A DNA stretch of 64,000 nucleotides from an uncultured candidate division Zixibacteria bacterium (GTDB taxonomy: Bacteria; Zixibacteria; MSB-5A5; GN15; PGXB01). Position numbers and translations under genes: made by a program. The notes under the pieces are model-generated. The model saw nothing but the letters and a program-made list of their open reading frames with translations, was not told the DNA's origin and ran no database searches. Location of the stretch: contig OY969724.1 in assembly GCA_963702205.1 (NCBI GenBank), positions 1,312,001 to 1,376,000 on the forward strand, written 5' to 3'. Of the stretch, positions 9,594 through 21,176 are shown piece after piece. Each line of letters starts with the position of its first letter. The first letter of the stretch is position 1.

Positions 9594-10421
9594 ATGCAAG
9601 TCATTGATTTAACGAATAAATATCGGAGCGATTTCATTGAAAATCGTGACAGGGCGGCTTATGAAAGCTCGTTTCCCGAATTGTTCGATCATTATTACCG
9701 TTTCTGGACAAAGAAAGAATATGATCTCGCGGGAATAGGCGATGACGCGATCAATACCCGCAAGAGCTGGATTGAAAAACATCTGGAATATCTGACCAGA
9801 ATTTTAAAAGAGCGAGACCTTGAATATCAGAAAATCAAAATCGTCAATTTTGTCGGGGTCGGGGCCACTAATGGCCATGCCTTCAGGCTGGAAGACGAAT
9901 TTTTCGTCTGGCTCCCGCTGGAGACTTATACTTCAGAAGAACTGGTGAAAATATTCGTAACGCACGAACTGGCTCATGCCCTGCATTATCGGGGCTGCCC
10001 GTCGTTTTATTTTGATACGGCCGATGACAAGATCAGGCTGGCGCGCCTTCTTGTCACCGAGGGCCTCGCCACCTTTTTAACTCGGGAGCTGCTGGGTGTT
10101 TCAGACATGGAGGCGCTTTGGGCGGATTATCTTGACGATACCGCCGCCCGAACCTGGTGGCAGGCCTGCCTGAGCCGGGAGCCGCAACTTTTGGCTCAAA
10201 TTGCCGATAATTATTTTAAGAGTGATCCGGGGCAGGAATTATTCCACGCCAACGACTCAAATGACGTTTTAAAATTCCGCGCCGGGTATTATGCGGGCCT
10301 GAAACTTGTCGGGCAGTACGCGAAAATTCACGGATTGACAATAACTGAACTTCTGGGGCTGAAAAGAGATCAATTTGAGCAGGGTATTTTATCCCAAATG
10401 CGGGAAAATAACAATGATTAA
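9594..10421 (+). CDS. Putative Zn-dependent protease (DUF2268-like)
   Basis: 275 aa; THELAH, EGLA and GYYAG motifs. Confidence 0.7.
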   Translation: MQVIDLTNKYRSDFIENRDRAAYESSFPELFDHYYRFWTKKEYDLAGIGDDAINTRKSWIEKHLEYLTRILKERDLEYQKIKIVNFVGVGATNGHAFRLEDEFFVWLPLETYTSEELVKIFVTHELAHALHYRGCPSFYFDTADDKIRLARLLVTEGLATFLTRELLGVSDMEALWADYLDDTAARTWWQACLSREPQLLAQIADNYFKSDPGQELFHANDSNDVLKFRAGYYAGLKLVGQYAKIHGLTITELLGLKRDQFEQGILSQMRENNND

Positions 10422-10941
10422 AAGTTACATTTTGATTACGGCGCTGATCTCATTGTTGTTCGCTGCCATAGCCGCCAATGAAAAAGGTTTGATTCATCCC
10501 GCTCCCGGAAAAATGCCGCCCCGATCCATACCGGGAATCGTGGTCGTGGACAATTACCCCAACGCCTGTGTCGATTGCCATGTTAATTACACGGATATGA
10601 AGCTGGATTTACGTTTCACCACCCTGATGAAGCAACTGAGCCGACAGGTCGACTCAAGTCTTCTGGTCAAAGCGCAGGCGGCCGCGCCGGCCGGGATGAC
10701 GCTCGAAGGAAAACACCCGGATATTATTGAATCGGCAAAAAGAATCCCCGAAGACTGCTTTCTGTGTCATTATCGTGAAACGACCATGGCGCCCCCGTTT
10801 TCCCGCATGATGCATCTGCTGCACCTCACCGGAGGCAAAGACAATCTGTTCATGACGCTCTTCCAGGGTGAGTGTACCCACTGCCACAAGCTCAATATGA
10901 ACTCCGGCCAGTGGACGGTGCCCAGCGGCAGGGAGGATTGA
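10414..10941 (+). CDS. Secreted triheme c-type cytochrome
   Basis: Signal peptide from ATG 10414; three CxxCH motifs (CVDCH, CFLCH, CTHCH) plus additional His residues. Confidence 0.8.
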   Translation: MIKSYILITALISLLFAAIAANEKGLIHPAPGKMPPRSIPGIVVVDNYPNACVDCHVNYTDMKLDLRFTTLMKQLSRQVDSSLLVKAQAAAPAGMTLEGKHPDIIESAKRIPEDCFLCHYRETTMAPPFSRMMHLLHLTGGKDNLFMTLFQGECTHCHKLNMNSGQWTVPSGRED

Positions 10942-11037
10942 TTCTCCTGATCACCGAGTACGCCGGCGGCGCTGATGATATATTCCCCGATAAAATTAAA
11001 ATGGATGGACCGTCGCCCGGACGGCTCAATGAGACCC

Positions 11038-11451
11038 TCAGCCGGGTCCGCAGTGCTCACAGGCCTTAACTTTCTCGGCATTCAGATCGATACTGATTTC
11101 GGCGTCTATGATTATGTTTTCGCGATCGTATTCGATTCCGGCGATGGTGCAGGCACTGCCGACCCCGCCGGGGGAAAGTCCGAGGAAAACCCGAATGACG
11201 GTTTGGATGGCGTTGAAATGTTTCAGCTTCAGGAATTCTTCGATGTCGTCGCGGCTGAAACTGGTCGCCGCGAAGGCGAATTGATTTTGCCCGATAATAT
11301 TGTCTATGTGCTGGCCGATCACCCGGTCGTGCAGCAGCGATTCGGTCCCGATGCCGCCGCCACAGGTCTTCTTGGAGAACTGGTACGACACGACCCGATC
11401 ATCGTTGTCGATCGAGAGCCTGATTCTTTCGGTAATGTCGCCGCAGGGCAT
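11038..11451 (-). CDS. Cys-containing hypothetical protein; possible UGA(Sec) readthrough to 11026
   Basis: 137 aa behind GAGG; MPC N-terminus, KTCGG, C-terminal CEHCGPG then TGA-GGG-TCT-CAT-TGA. Confidence 0.7.
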   Translation of the reverse strand: MPCGDITERIRLSIDNDDRVVSYQFSKKTCGGGIGTESLLHDRVIGQHIDNIIGQNQFAFAATSFSRDDIEEFLKLKHFNAIQTVIRVFLGLSPGGVGSACTIAGIEYDRENIIIDAEISIDLNAEKVKACEHCGPG

Positions 11452-11737
11452 TTATTTTATCCTCAAATTAATGGCCATAAATATAATAGTGGGCCGTAAT
11501 AGTCTATATTATGTATTGCGCGCGAAAAGTCAATACTCAAGATTAAAGGCAGGCCGCCTTTTTCGAGCGGTGGCTCGCCGGAGGAATTTATGTCATGGAG
11601 GCTGTCATTTGGCTGGTCCCCGACCGCCGCATCGAACGGGTGCCGGGTGATGAAAATTAGTAAAATTGACGAATTCAAACAGGTAAAGATGGTTCGGTCG
11701 ACGTATAAAATATAATATCTGAAAATAGGACCTAAAT

Positions 11738-12373
11738 ATGCATTCAATAGTCAACTTACCCTCATTCGTATTGGCCGGGATATTACTGAATCTGACGCCC
11801 GGACAAGACACTATGTATATCCTGGGTAGATCCATCTCGCAGGGCCGCAAAGCCGGATTTTTTTCCGCGCTCGGTATCGGAACCGGATCTTTGTTCCATA
11901 TCGCCGCCTCGGCGTTTGGACTGTCAGCCATCTTATTGAGCTCGGCCCTCATATTTACGGTTATAAAATTTATCGGCGCCGGATATCTCATATATTTGGG
12001 AATAAGAATGGCCTCGGGAAAAGGCAGTTTTCCGGCCGATGGTGAATTCAATCGGTCGTCCCGAGCGAGTTATCTGAAGATTTACAAACAGGCCATTCTG
12101 ACTAATGTCTTGAACCCAAAAGTCGCGCTGTTCTTCCTCGCGTTTCTTCCTCAGTTCATTGATCCGTCAAAAGCAGATGGGCCAACCCCGTTTCTAATTC
12201 TCGGTGGCATCTTTTTAACAACAGGCACAATCTGGTGTTTGATTGTTGCCCGTTTTTCGGCATTTTTGGCGCAAAGGCTTCGCGGAAACGCCGTATTTTC
12301 GAGATATATCAGGAAATGCTGCGGGGGGCTTTTCGTTTTACTTGGAATTAAGCTCGCTCTTGAAAAAGGCTGA
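11738..12373 (+). CDS. LysE/RhtB family amino acid exporter
   Basis: 211 aa; TPGQD, GAGYLIYLG and NVLNPKVALFF motifs. Confidence 0.92.
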   Translation: MHSIVNLPSFVLAGILLNLTPGQDTMYILGRSISQGRKAGFFSALGIGTGSLFHIAASAFGLSAILLSSALIFTVIKFIGAGYLIYLGIRMASGKGSFPADGEFNRSSRASYLKIYKQAILTNVLNPKVALFFLAFLPQFIDPSKADGPTPFLILGGIFLTTGTIWCLIVARFSAFLAQRLRGNAVFSRYIRKCCGGLFVLLGIKLALEKG

Positions 12374-12551
12374 ATAAATTACTTAAGATTCAAATGTCTT
12401 GTTGCCCGAAATTTTCCTGCCGCGTCCGCCCCATCAAAGAAAAACTTCATGAAAGGGTTCATGACGGTGCTCAGAATATATTATTGTCCGAAATTGATAA
12501 GTCTTGAGGAGATTAGGTCATTGTATCAACCATTTTGGACTTTTCTTCGGC

Positions 12552-12580
12552 TTGCGCGCGAGACGGGATAAGCCTATATT
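12552..12580 (+). promoter_or_regulatory. Sigma70-like promoter, probably leaderless, of the histidine kinase gene
   Basis: TTGCGC-N17-TATATT ending 6 nt before ATG 12587; no Shine-Dalgarno. Confidence 0.6.
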
Positions 12581-12586
12581 TGCCAC

Positions 12587-13369
12587 ATGGCCGACAACGA
12601 AAATCATCGGAACGATATAAATATTGATTCTTCTCATCCGTGCGGTGATCCGCAGAAGCAGGATATCGCCCGGCGTATCAGAACGTACCAGATGCAGCTG
12701 CGATGGTTGGCTTCGGAGCTGTCTCTGGCCGAAGCCCGGGAACGGCGTGAGATTGCCTCCGATCTGCATGATCATATCGGCCAGGCGCTGGCGTATGTTT
12801 CTCAGAGAGTGGCCCTGCTTCAGGGCAACGCCGTCTTTTCCGGCATGGAAGAGAATTTCGCCGACATTCTCAAAATTCTGGACCAGACCATCCGTTATAC
12901 CCGCGACCTGACGGTCGCCATAAGCCCCCCGGTACTGTATGAATTAGGGCTCCCCGCCGCCATTGACTGGCTGGCCGAAAGGGCCCTGCATCGACACAAT
13001 ATGTCAGTAAAGTCGTCGCAAAGCGGATCACCTCGCGATGTTTCAGAGGGTGTCAGAGTTTTCATATTTAAGGCCCTGCAGGAGTTGATCACCAACGCGG
13101 CCAAACATTCCGGGGCGAAACAAATATCGGTCCGGACCGAATGGAAGAATACCGGCCTGCTAATCGAAGTCAGTGATGACGGCTGCGGATTCGATACATC
13201 CACCTTCGAAAACGCTTTATCCGATAATTGCTGTTTCGGTCTGTTCAGTATCCGCGAACGATTGTCGTACATCGGCGGCGCGCTCGCAATCGATTCGTCG
13301 CCCGGCCGGGGCACGCGCGTCTCCATTTCGACCCCGTACTCGATAAAACCGGAAGGCGGCGATGATTAA
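12587..13369 (+). CDS. Cytoplasmic histidine kinase (HisKA_3 + HATPase), no sensor domain
   Basis: 260 aa; ERREIASDLHDHIGQ H-box, QELITNAAKHS, DDGCGF, FGLFSIRER and GRGT motifs. Confidence 0.9.
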   Translation: MADNENHRNDINIDSSHPCGDPQKQDIARRIRTYQMQLRWLASELSLAEARERREIASDLHDHIGQALAYVSQRVALLQGNAVFSGMEENFADILKILDQTIRYTRDLTVAISPPVLYELGLPAAIDWLAERALHRHNMSVKSSQSGSPRDVSEGVRVFIFKALQELITNAAKHSGAKQISVRTEWKNTGLLIEVSDDGCGFDTSTFENALSDNCCFGLFSIRERLSYIGGALAIDSSPGRGTRVSISTPYSIKPEGGDD

Positions 13370-14009
13370 AATTCTGCTGGCCGATGACCATAAGCTGCTG
13401 ATCGACGGGCTTCGTCCGCTTCTGGAAAGGCAGCGCAATCTTCAGGTTGTCGCCGTGGCCCGCGACGGCGTGGAAGCCGCCGAACTGGCGCGGGAGCACC
13501 GGCCCGACATCGCGCTGCTCGATATATCCATGCCCCGGCTGAATGGTCTCGATGCGGCCCGTAAAATTCTGGCCGACGGACAGGACACAAAAGTAATCAT
13601 GCTGTCCATGCATGCCGACCGGAAATTTATAGAGGAATCGCTGCGTATCGGAGCGCGGGGATATTTGCTCAAGGAATCGGCCATTCAGGAAGTCATCGAA
13701 GCTATCGGCACGGTGCAGAAAGGTGAACTGTTTTTCAGCCAGTCCATCCGCGACAAAATGCTGCACGATTATGTCGAAAAAGTCCGCACCGGCGGAGAAG
13801 ATGCAGGGTCACCGCTCAGCGCCCGTGAGCGGGAGGTTCTTCAGCTTCTGGCCGAGGGTAAATCGACCAAAGACATGGCCGACATTCTGCACGTCAGCGT
13901 GAAAACAATAGAGAGCCACCGCAAGCAAATCATGGACAAGCTCGATCTTCACAGTATCGCCGAACTGACCAAGTACGCCATCCGCGAAGGCCTGACAAGG
14001 CTTGATTAA
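13362..14009 (+). CDS. NarL/LuxR family response regulator
   Basis: 215 aa; receiver domain (ADDH, LLDISMP) and LuxR HTH (LSAREREVLQL...VKTIESHR); overlaps the kinase stop. Confidence 0.95.
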   Translation: MIKILLADDHKLLIDGLRPLLERQRNLQVVAVARDGVEAAELAREHRPDIALLDISMPRLNGLDAARKILADGQDTKVIMLSMHADRKFIEESLRIGARGYLLKESAIQEVIEAIGTVQKGELFFSQSIRDKMLHDYVEKVRTGGEDAGSPLSAREREVLQLLAEGKSTKDMADILHVSVKTIESHRKQIMDKLDLHSIAELTKYAIREGLTRLD

Positions 14010-14101
14010 ATCCGGTGAGGCCAATCGGCTTTTCTCGACAGCACCGTTAATCTTATGGCCCACCCAACGGGTGGCGGGCCACTATAATGCACCAGCATTT
14101 T

Positions 14102-14377
14102 CAGCGGCATCAGAAACCCATTCCTGACGCTTTGCCATTCAATAAAAAACTGTCGGGAAGGGGTTCCCGACAACGCTGCTAAAATCCAATTTAACTGCTA
14201 TAACGCACTCATTCACCCGTTGGGTGAGTTACAAGGATCAAATCCGGCGACGAATTGGACCTGCCGCGAATCGGCGTGACCTGCGGGAAAATTATTTCAG
14301 CGGCGTCAGAAACCCTTGCCTGACGCTTTGTGGATTTAAGGGGAAAACCTTTCGGGAAGGGGTTCCCGACAGCGCTG
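14102..14377. repeat. Two direct copies (14102-14178, 14298-14377) of an inverted REP doublet (REPIN-like)
   Basis: Each copy is CAGCGGCRTCAGAAACCC..CCTGACGC, a spacer, then TCGGGAAGGGGTTCCCGACARCGCTG, the reverse complement of a related unit; a solo unit lies at 39645-39671. Confidence 0.8.
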
Positions 14378-14398
14378 CTAAACTCTCCAAGAAAAGAT

Positions 14399-14451
14399 GT
14401 CAGGAGCGCCCTTCACTTCGTTCAGGACCTTCGGCACGGCTCCTGACCTAC
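14399..14451 (-). repeat. GTAG-type REP carrying a 26-bp insert
   Basis: Minus strand reads GTAGGTCAGGAGCCGTG[CCGAAGGTCCTGAACGAAGTGAAGGG]CGCTCCTGAC; empty form at 39609-39635. Confidence 0.85.
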
Positions 14452-14569
14452 TGTAAGATTCTTGTCCTAATTTTCTATAAGGGATTTCGAAGTCTATAAT
14501 CAGGAAATGCCCTATTTTCAGTTTGCCATTTGTCCGGCATATTGTCGATTGATAAAAAGGAGGATTGGT

Positions 14570-15775
14570 ATGTTTGACACTGGCAATACCGGTTTCATGC
14601 TCGTGGCCACGAGTCTGGTCATGCTGATGACGCCGGGTCTGGCATTCTTCTACGGCGGTCTGGTCGGCCGCAAAAACGTACTTTCGATAATGATACAAAG
14701 TTTCGTCTCGATGGGTGTCACGACCATATTATGGTACGCCGTCGGGTTCTCACTCTGTTTCAGCGGTGGTGAGGGCGGAATTATCGGAAACCTTAATATG
14801 GCCTTCCTGAATGGTGTCGATCCTATGACGGTTTTCGGCGACGGGCAGATACCGATGCTGGTATTTTTCGCCTATCAGATGATGTTTGCGATCATCACGC
14901 CCGCCCTGATAACGGGAGCCTTTTCAAACCGCGTCCGCTTCCCCGCCTATTTATTATTCCTCGTCGCGTGGTTGCTGCTGGTTTATTTCCCGTTCGTACA
15001 CATGATCTGGGGCGGCGGCCTTCTCGCCAAATGGGGTGTCCTCGATTTCGCGGGCGGTATTGCCGTCCATAATATCGCCGGTATGGCCGCCCTGGCCTCG
15101 GTGCTGTTCGTCGGAAAACGGCGGATCGCGGAAAAAGGTCCGCACTCCATTCCGTTGGTCGCACTCGGGACCGGGCTGCTCTGGTTCGGGTGGTACGGTT
15201 TTAACGCCGGCAGCGAACTTCGAGTCGATTCCGTCACGGCTCTGGCGTTCGTCAATACGGACGTCGCGGCGTCCTTCGCCGCCATTACCTGGCTGTTTCT
15301 GGAATGGACACTTATGAAGAAACCGAAATTTGTCGGTCTGTTAACCGGAGCCGTGGCCGGTCTGGCGACCATTACGCCCGCCGCCGCGTACGTTTCGACC
15401 GGGTCGGCGGCTGTAATCGGTCTGACTGCCGGGATCGTCTGCTATACCGCGGTTAGTCTTAAAAACAAACTACACTGGGATGACGCGCTCGACGTCTGGG
15501 GCGTTCACGGTGTCGGCGGAGCGCTGGGAATTATCATGCTCGGGCTGATGGGCAGCACGGCCATAAATCCCGGCGGGGCCAACGGTCTATTTCTCGGCGG
15601 CTCCAACTTCTTCTTCAAACAGCTGGTTGCCGTCCTGGCTTCGTCGGTTTACGCTTTTGTCTTCACGTACGTCATGCTCTGGATCATAAATAAGATCACC
15701 ACCGTCAAGACGACCGAAGCCGAAGAAACCACTCTCGATGAATCGCTCCACGGTGAAACCGCTTACGAGTATTGA
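14570..15775 (+). CDS. amtB: Ammonium transporter
   Basis: ATG 14570 behind AAGGAGG; LMTPGLAFFYGG, FAIITPAL, DFAGG..VH, WFGWYGFN and DDALDVWGVHG (both channel His present). Confidence 0.95.
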   Translation: MFDTGNTGFMLVATSLVMLMTPGLAFFYGGLVGRKNVLSIMIQSFVSMGVTTILWYAVGFSLCFSGGEGGIIGNLNMAFLNGVDPMTVFGDGQIPMLVFFAYQMMFAIITPALITGAFSNRVRFPAYLLFLVAWLLLVYFPFVHMIWGGGLLAKWGVLDFAGGIAVHNIAGMAALASVLFVGKRRIAEKGPHSIPLVALGTGLLWFGWYGFNAGSELRVDSVTALAFVNTDVAASFAAITWLFLEWTLMKKPKFVGLLTGAVAGLATITPAAAYVSTGSAAVIGLTAGIVCYTAVSLKNKLHWDDALDVWGVHGVGGALGIIMLGLMGSTAINPGGANGLFLGGSNFFFKQLVAVLASSVYAFVFTYVMLWIINKITTVKTTEAEETTLDESLHGETAYEY

Positions 15776-15799
15776 TGGGTATCAGGAGGATGATAAAAA

Positions 15800-16555
15800 A
15801 TGTCTGACAGACGACGAGCCTGCCGGCCGGTTTCCCTGACGTTAATCATGGCGGTTTTGACAATCTCGGCCACGGCCGGTGCTGAAATCGCGGTGAGGAC
15901 ATCGGTCGACTTTTATAACCGCTATGTTTGGAGGGGGATGGATATAGCGACAACCCCCTCGATTCAACCTGCACTCGCTCTCGATTGCGGCGGAGTCGAA
16001 TTCGGCATTTGGGGGGCGTACACGCTGTCCAATCAGGCTTCGGAATCCGATGAAATCGATTTCTGGCTGAGCTATACTGCGACGCTCAACAACGGCGTGT
16101 CGATTACCGGCACAGCGACCGATTATTATTATCCCAACGCCGGGATCAGGTTTTTCAATTTCAACAACTACGATGCCATGATTGACGATACCATCCCGGA
16201 TCCCGGAGCGCATCTGATCGAGCTGGGACTGTCCTTAGCAGGACCGGAGGCGTTTCCGGTGACGGTCGCGGGGTATGTGAATGTATACAACGACGCCGGG
16301 TCCAACACGTACTTCCAGATCGACTACCCGGTGACCGTAAATGAAACCGATCTTGACTTCTTTTGCGGTGTCGCCGGAGGCAGCAAAGACAATCCGGGCT
16401 ATTACGGCACCGATAATCTTCAGGCAATCAACGTCGGCGTGACGGCCTCTCGGGAAATCATGGTTTCCGAAAGTTTCTCGATGCCGCTGAATGTATCGTT
16501 CATTGTCAACCCGAGGGAAGAGATGTCCTACCTCGTGGTTGGATTGAGCTTTTAG
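15800..16555 (+). CDS. Putative outer-membrane beta-barrel, TorF/TIGR02001-like
   Basis: Signal peptide, YVWRG, PSIQP and EIDFWLSY motifs, C-terminal Phe; this family typically lies beside amtB. Confidence 0.75.
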   Translation: MSDRRRACRPVSLTLIMAVLTISATAGAEIAVRTSVDFYNRYVWRGMDIATTPSIQPALALDCGGVEFGIWGAYTLSNQASESDEIDFWLSYTATLNNGVSITGTATDYYYPNAGIRFFNFNNYDAMIDDTIPDPGAHLIELGLSLAGPEAFPVTVAGYVNVYNDAGSNTYFQIDYPVTVNETDLDFFCGVAGGSKDNPGYYGTDNLQAINVGVTASREIMVSESFSMPLNVSFIVNPREEMSYLVVGLSF

Positions 16556-16587
16556 TTTAAATTAGATTATCGAAGCACTTGCTTGCA

Positions 16588-16618
16588 GCGACCCCGGACA
16601 ATCCGGGGTCGCCTTTTT
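16588..16618 (+). terminator. Rho-independent terminator
   Basis: GCGACCCCGGA-CAA-TCCGGGGTCGC followed by a T run. Confidence 0.8.
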
Positions 16619-16704
16619 AATGTGATCGGAGCCAGAACGTCACGGCTTTCGCCGGGGGGTATTTATAAAAGATATTTCTGTTTTGGGAAATTATAGTACA
16701 TGAG

Positions 16705-17646
16705 CTATGGTTCATCCGTGGAGTAGACGTCCGTGCTTAGATATTTCAGGCCGGAATCCACCATAAGTGTTATCACGCTGGCCTCGGGACCCAGTCGCTC
16801 GCCCATTTGAATGGCGGCGATGACGTTCGCTCCCGATGACGTTCCCGCGAACAGTCCTTCCTCGCGGGCCAGCCGTCGGGCCATCGCTTTGGCATCGACA
16901 GTTTTGACCGGGATTATTTCATCCACGATATTTGGCTCCCAAAGCGGCGGGGTGTAACCGATGCCGACCCCCTCGATTTTGTGCGGTCCCGGCTGGCCGC
17001 CCGACAGTACCGCCGACTCGGCCGGTTCCACGACGGCTATCCTGACATTGGGATTGTGGCGTTTCAGTACGGTCGATACGCCGCGCGATGAAGCGGCGGT
17101 GCCGACACAATGAACGAAAGCATCGACTTTGCCGTCGGTCTGGCTCCAGATTTCTTCGGCCAGCGGATAGTAGCCGGCGATGCTGTCGGCATTGCTGAGC
17201 TGATTTGTCCAGTATGTATGCGGCTGCTGGCTGATTTCTTTGGCGGCGGCGATCATGTCCAGTATCAGTTTTTTGGTGGTAAGACCACCCTCGCTCGGAA
17301 CCATGGTGAGCTTCGCGCCGAGGGCTTCCATATGTTTCAGCTTCTCTTTGCTGAAGGCATCCGACGTGACAATATGAAGCTTATAACCCTTCGCGACACA
17401 AATTAGAGCCAGCGAGATACCGGTACTACCACCGGTGTATTCGACAATGGTATCGCCGGGCTTGAGGCGACCGTCCTCTTCAGCCCGCGCTATCATGGCC
17501 TGAGCCGTACGGTCTTTCATGCTTCCGGTCGGATTTTCCCATTCGAGTTTGGCGTAGATTTTGGCGCAACCCTCCGGAACGACTTTTTGGAGTTGTACCA
17601 ATGACGTATTGCCGATGGCTTGTAATATATTGTCATGGATAGTCAT
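16705..17646 (-). CDS. cysK: Cysteine synthase family PLP enzyme (CysK-like)
   Basis: KLEWENPTGSMKDR (PLP Lys), HKIEGVG, EEGLFAGTSSGA and KYLS motifs; substrate loop is TGGSTG rather than canonical TSGNTG, so specificity may differ. Confidence 0.78.
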   Translation of the reverse strand: MTIHDNILQAIGNTSLVQLQKVVPEGCAKIYAKLEWENPTGSMKDRTAQAMIARAEEDGRLKPGDTIVEYTGGSTGISLALICVAKGYKLHIVTSDAFSKEKLKHMEALGAKLTMVPSEGGLTTKKLILDMIAAAKEISQQPHTYWTNQLSNADSIAGYYPLAEEIWSQTDGKVDAFVHCVGTAASSRGVSTVLKRHNPNVRIAVVEPAESAVLSGGQPGPHKIEGVGIGYTPPLWEPNIVDEIIPVKTVDAKAMARRLAREEGLFAGTSSGANVIAAIQMGERLGPEASVITLMVDSGLKYLSTDVYSTDEP

Positions 17647-17770
17647 TGTATTACCTTTCAATTCAATATTGCACAGAGTTGAACCTACATTTCAAATATA
17701 ATAAATATGATCTATAAAAATGTTCATAATTATTTTTTGATCAGAAACATTAACATATATTTATTACTAA

Positions 17771-17795
17771 ATAGGAACTATTCTTATAATAAGAA
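17771..17795. promoter_or_regulatory. Putative Fur/PerR-type AT-rich operator between cysK and perR
   Basis: Overlapping dyads ATAGGAA-CTA-TTCTTAT and TTCTTAT-A-ATAAGAA just upstream of the Fur-family gene. Confidence 0.45.
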
Positions 17796-17808
17796 AGTTA
17801 TAACGAAT

Positions 17809-18258
17809 ATGAAAATCGAGGGCAAAAATATTTCTCAGATGGTGGAAGAATTCGAACGAATCTGTAAAGCCAGGGGTCTTCGAATAACCCATCAAAGAAC
17901 CGAGATTTTTAAGGCACTGATAAAATACACAAATCATCCGACCACCGGCAATGTATTCAATCTAGTACGAAAGCATCTAAAGACCATATCCCTCGATACC
18001 GTCTACAGGACGATAGCCACATTTGAGGAATATGGATTGATCAAACGAGTTCATCATATTGATAATGCCACCCGTTTTGACATAAATATTTCCAATCATC
18101 ACCATCTGGTATGTTCCGGATGCCACAAAATAGAGGATTTCTATTGGCCCGATTTTGATAAGATGAAGCCGCCAAAAGAAATATCGCATTGGGGCCGGGT
18201 CGAAGTCAAGCACGTTGTCATAAACGGATTGTGCTCGGAATGCAAAAAGAAACAGTAA
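17809..18258 (+). CDS. perR: Fur family regulator, PerR-like
   Basis: ATG 17809; RITHQR, HPT, TISLDTVYRT, HHHLVCSGC and C-terminal CSEC motifs; directly upstream of katG. Confidence 0.8.
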   Translation: MKIEGKNISQMVEEFERICKARGLRITHQRTEIFKALIKYTNHPTTGNVFNLVRKHLKTISLDTVYRTIATFEEYGLIKRVHHIDNATRFDINISNHHHLVCSGCHKIEDFYWPDFDKMKPPKEISHWGRVEVKHVVINGLCSECKKKQ

Positions 18259-18332
18259 GCTGGGATATAATCTCGAATGGAAGTGTTACAAAATATAATA
18301 AGAAAAATTACTCAATAATAATTAGTTTATAG

Positions 18333-20558
<2,226 letters not shown>

Positions 20559-20684
20559 AATCGCATTGATTTGGCGTATACATACGCTGATTTGCGGTGG
20601 TATTGATTTGATTTGTCATAGACTTGCTTTGATTTATGGAGGATTTGTTTTAATCTGTATAGATTGATTGCGTAACTTTCGGAG

Positions 20685-20721
20685 CAAGGAGGTCGGCTTT
20701 CCCGATCTCCTTGTCATTTTT
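20685..20721. terminator. Hairpin between convergent katG and tRNA, likely terminator
   Basis: CAAGGAGGTCGG-CTTTC-CCGATCTCCTTG followed by TCATTTTT. Confidence 0.55.
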
Positions 20722-20768
20722 GGTAATATTCACATCAAATTTGAGACCAATTGAATACTGCCCAATTT

Positions 20769-20845
<77 letters not shown>

Positions 20846-20857
20846 ATCAGAAATCCC

Positions 20858-20885
20858 AATATATCAATCCAAACGCTATTGTCAA
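20858..20885 (-). promoter_or_regulatory. Sigma70-like promoter of tRNA-fMet
   Basis: TTGACA-N16-TATATT on the minus strand, 12 nt upstream of the tRNA. Confidence 0.65.
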
Positions 20886-21176
20886 GCTAATACCGAAAAA
20901 ATGATAACTCGTTGTCGGCATTGTTCTTTGAGGGCCCACTCTACCGTATAAATGGTAATTTCATACAAAACCCAATACAAGATTCCAAGCATTGGATGAC
21001 TCTGTTAAGATAGCCGAATGAATGGATATCTTGATGATGGGAAGATGCATTTTGATGAATTCACCGTAGGAAGTCCAACTACTGATGATTGGGATTCAGG
21101 AGTCTGATAATGGAATGTTGGTAGAAAGAAAGGTCATATTTATTACGATTGAATATCACGTTATCAAAAGTCTGCA

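Noticed and set aside
11545..11655. GC-rich structured-looking segment as tRNA remnant, att site or ncRNA
   Set aside because: No cloverleaf, no match to the tRNA-fMet 3' end and no recognisable RNA family
20890..21170. Short ORFs in the AT-rich gap between tRNA-fMet and mfd
   Set aside because: Very short, without convincing RBS or motifs
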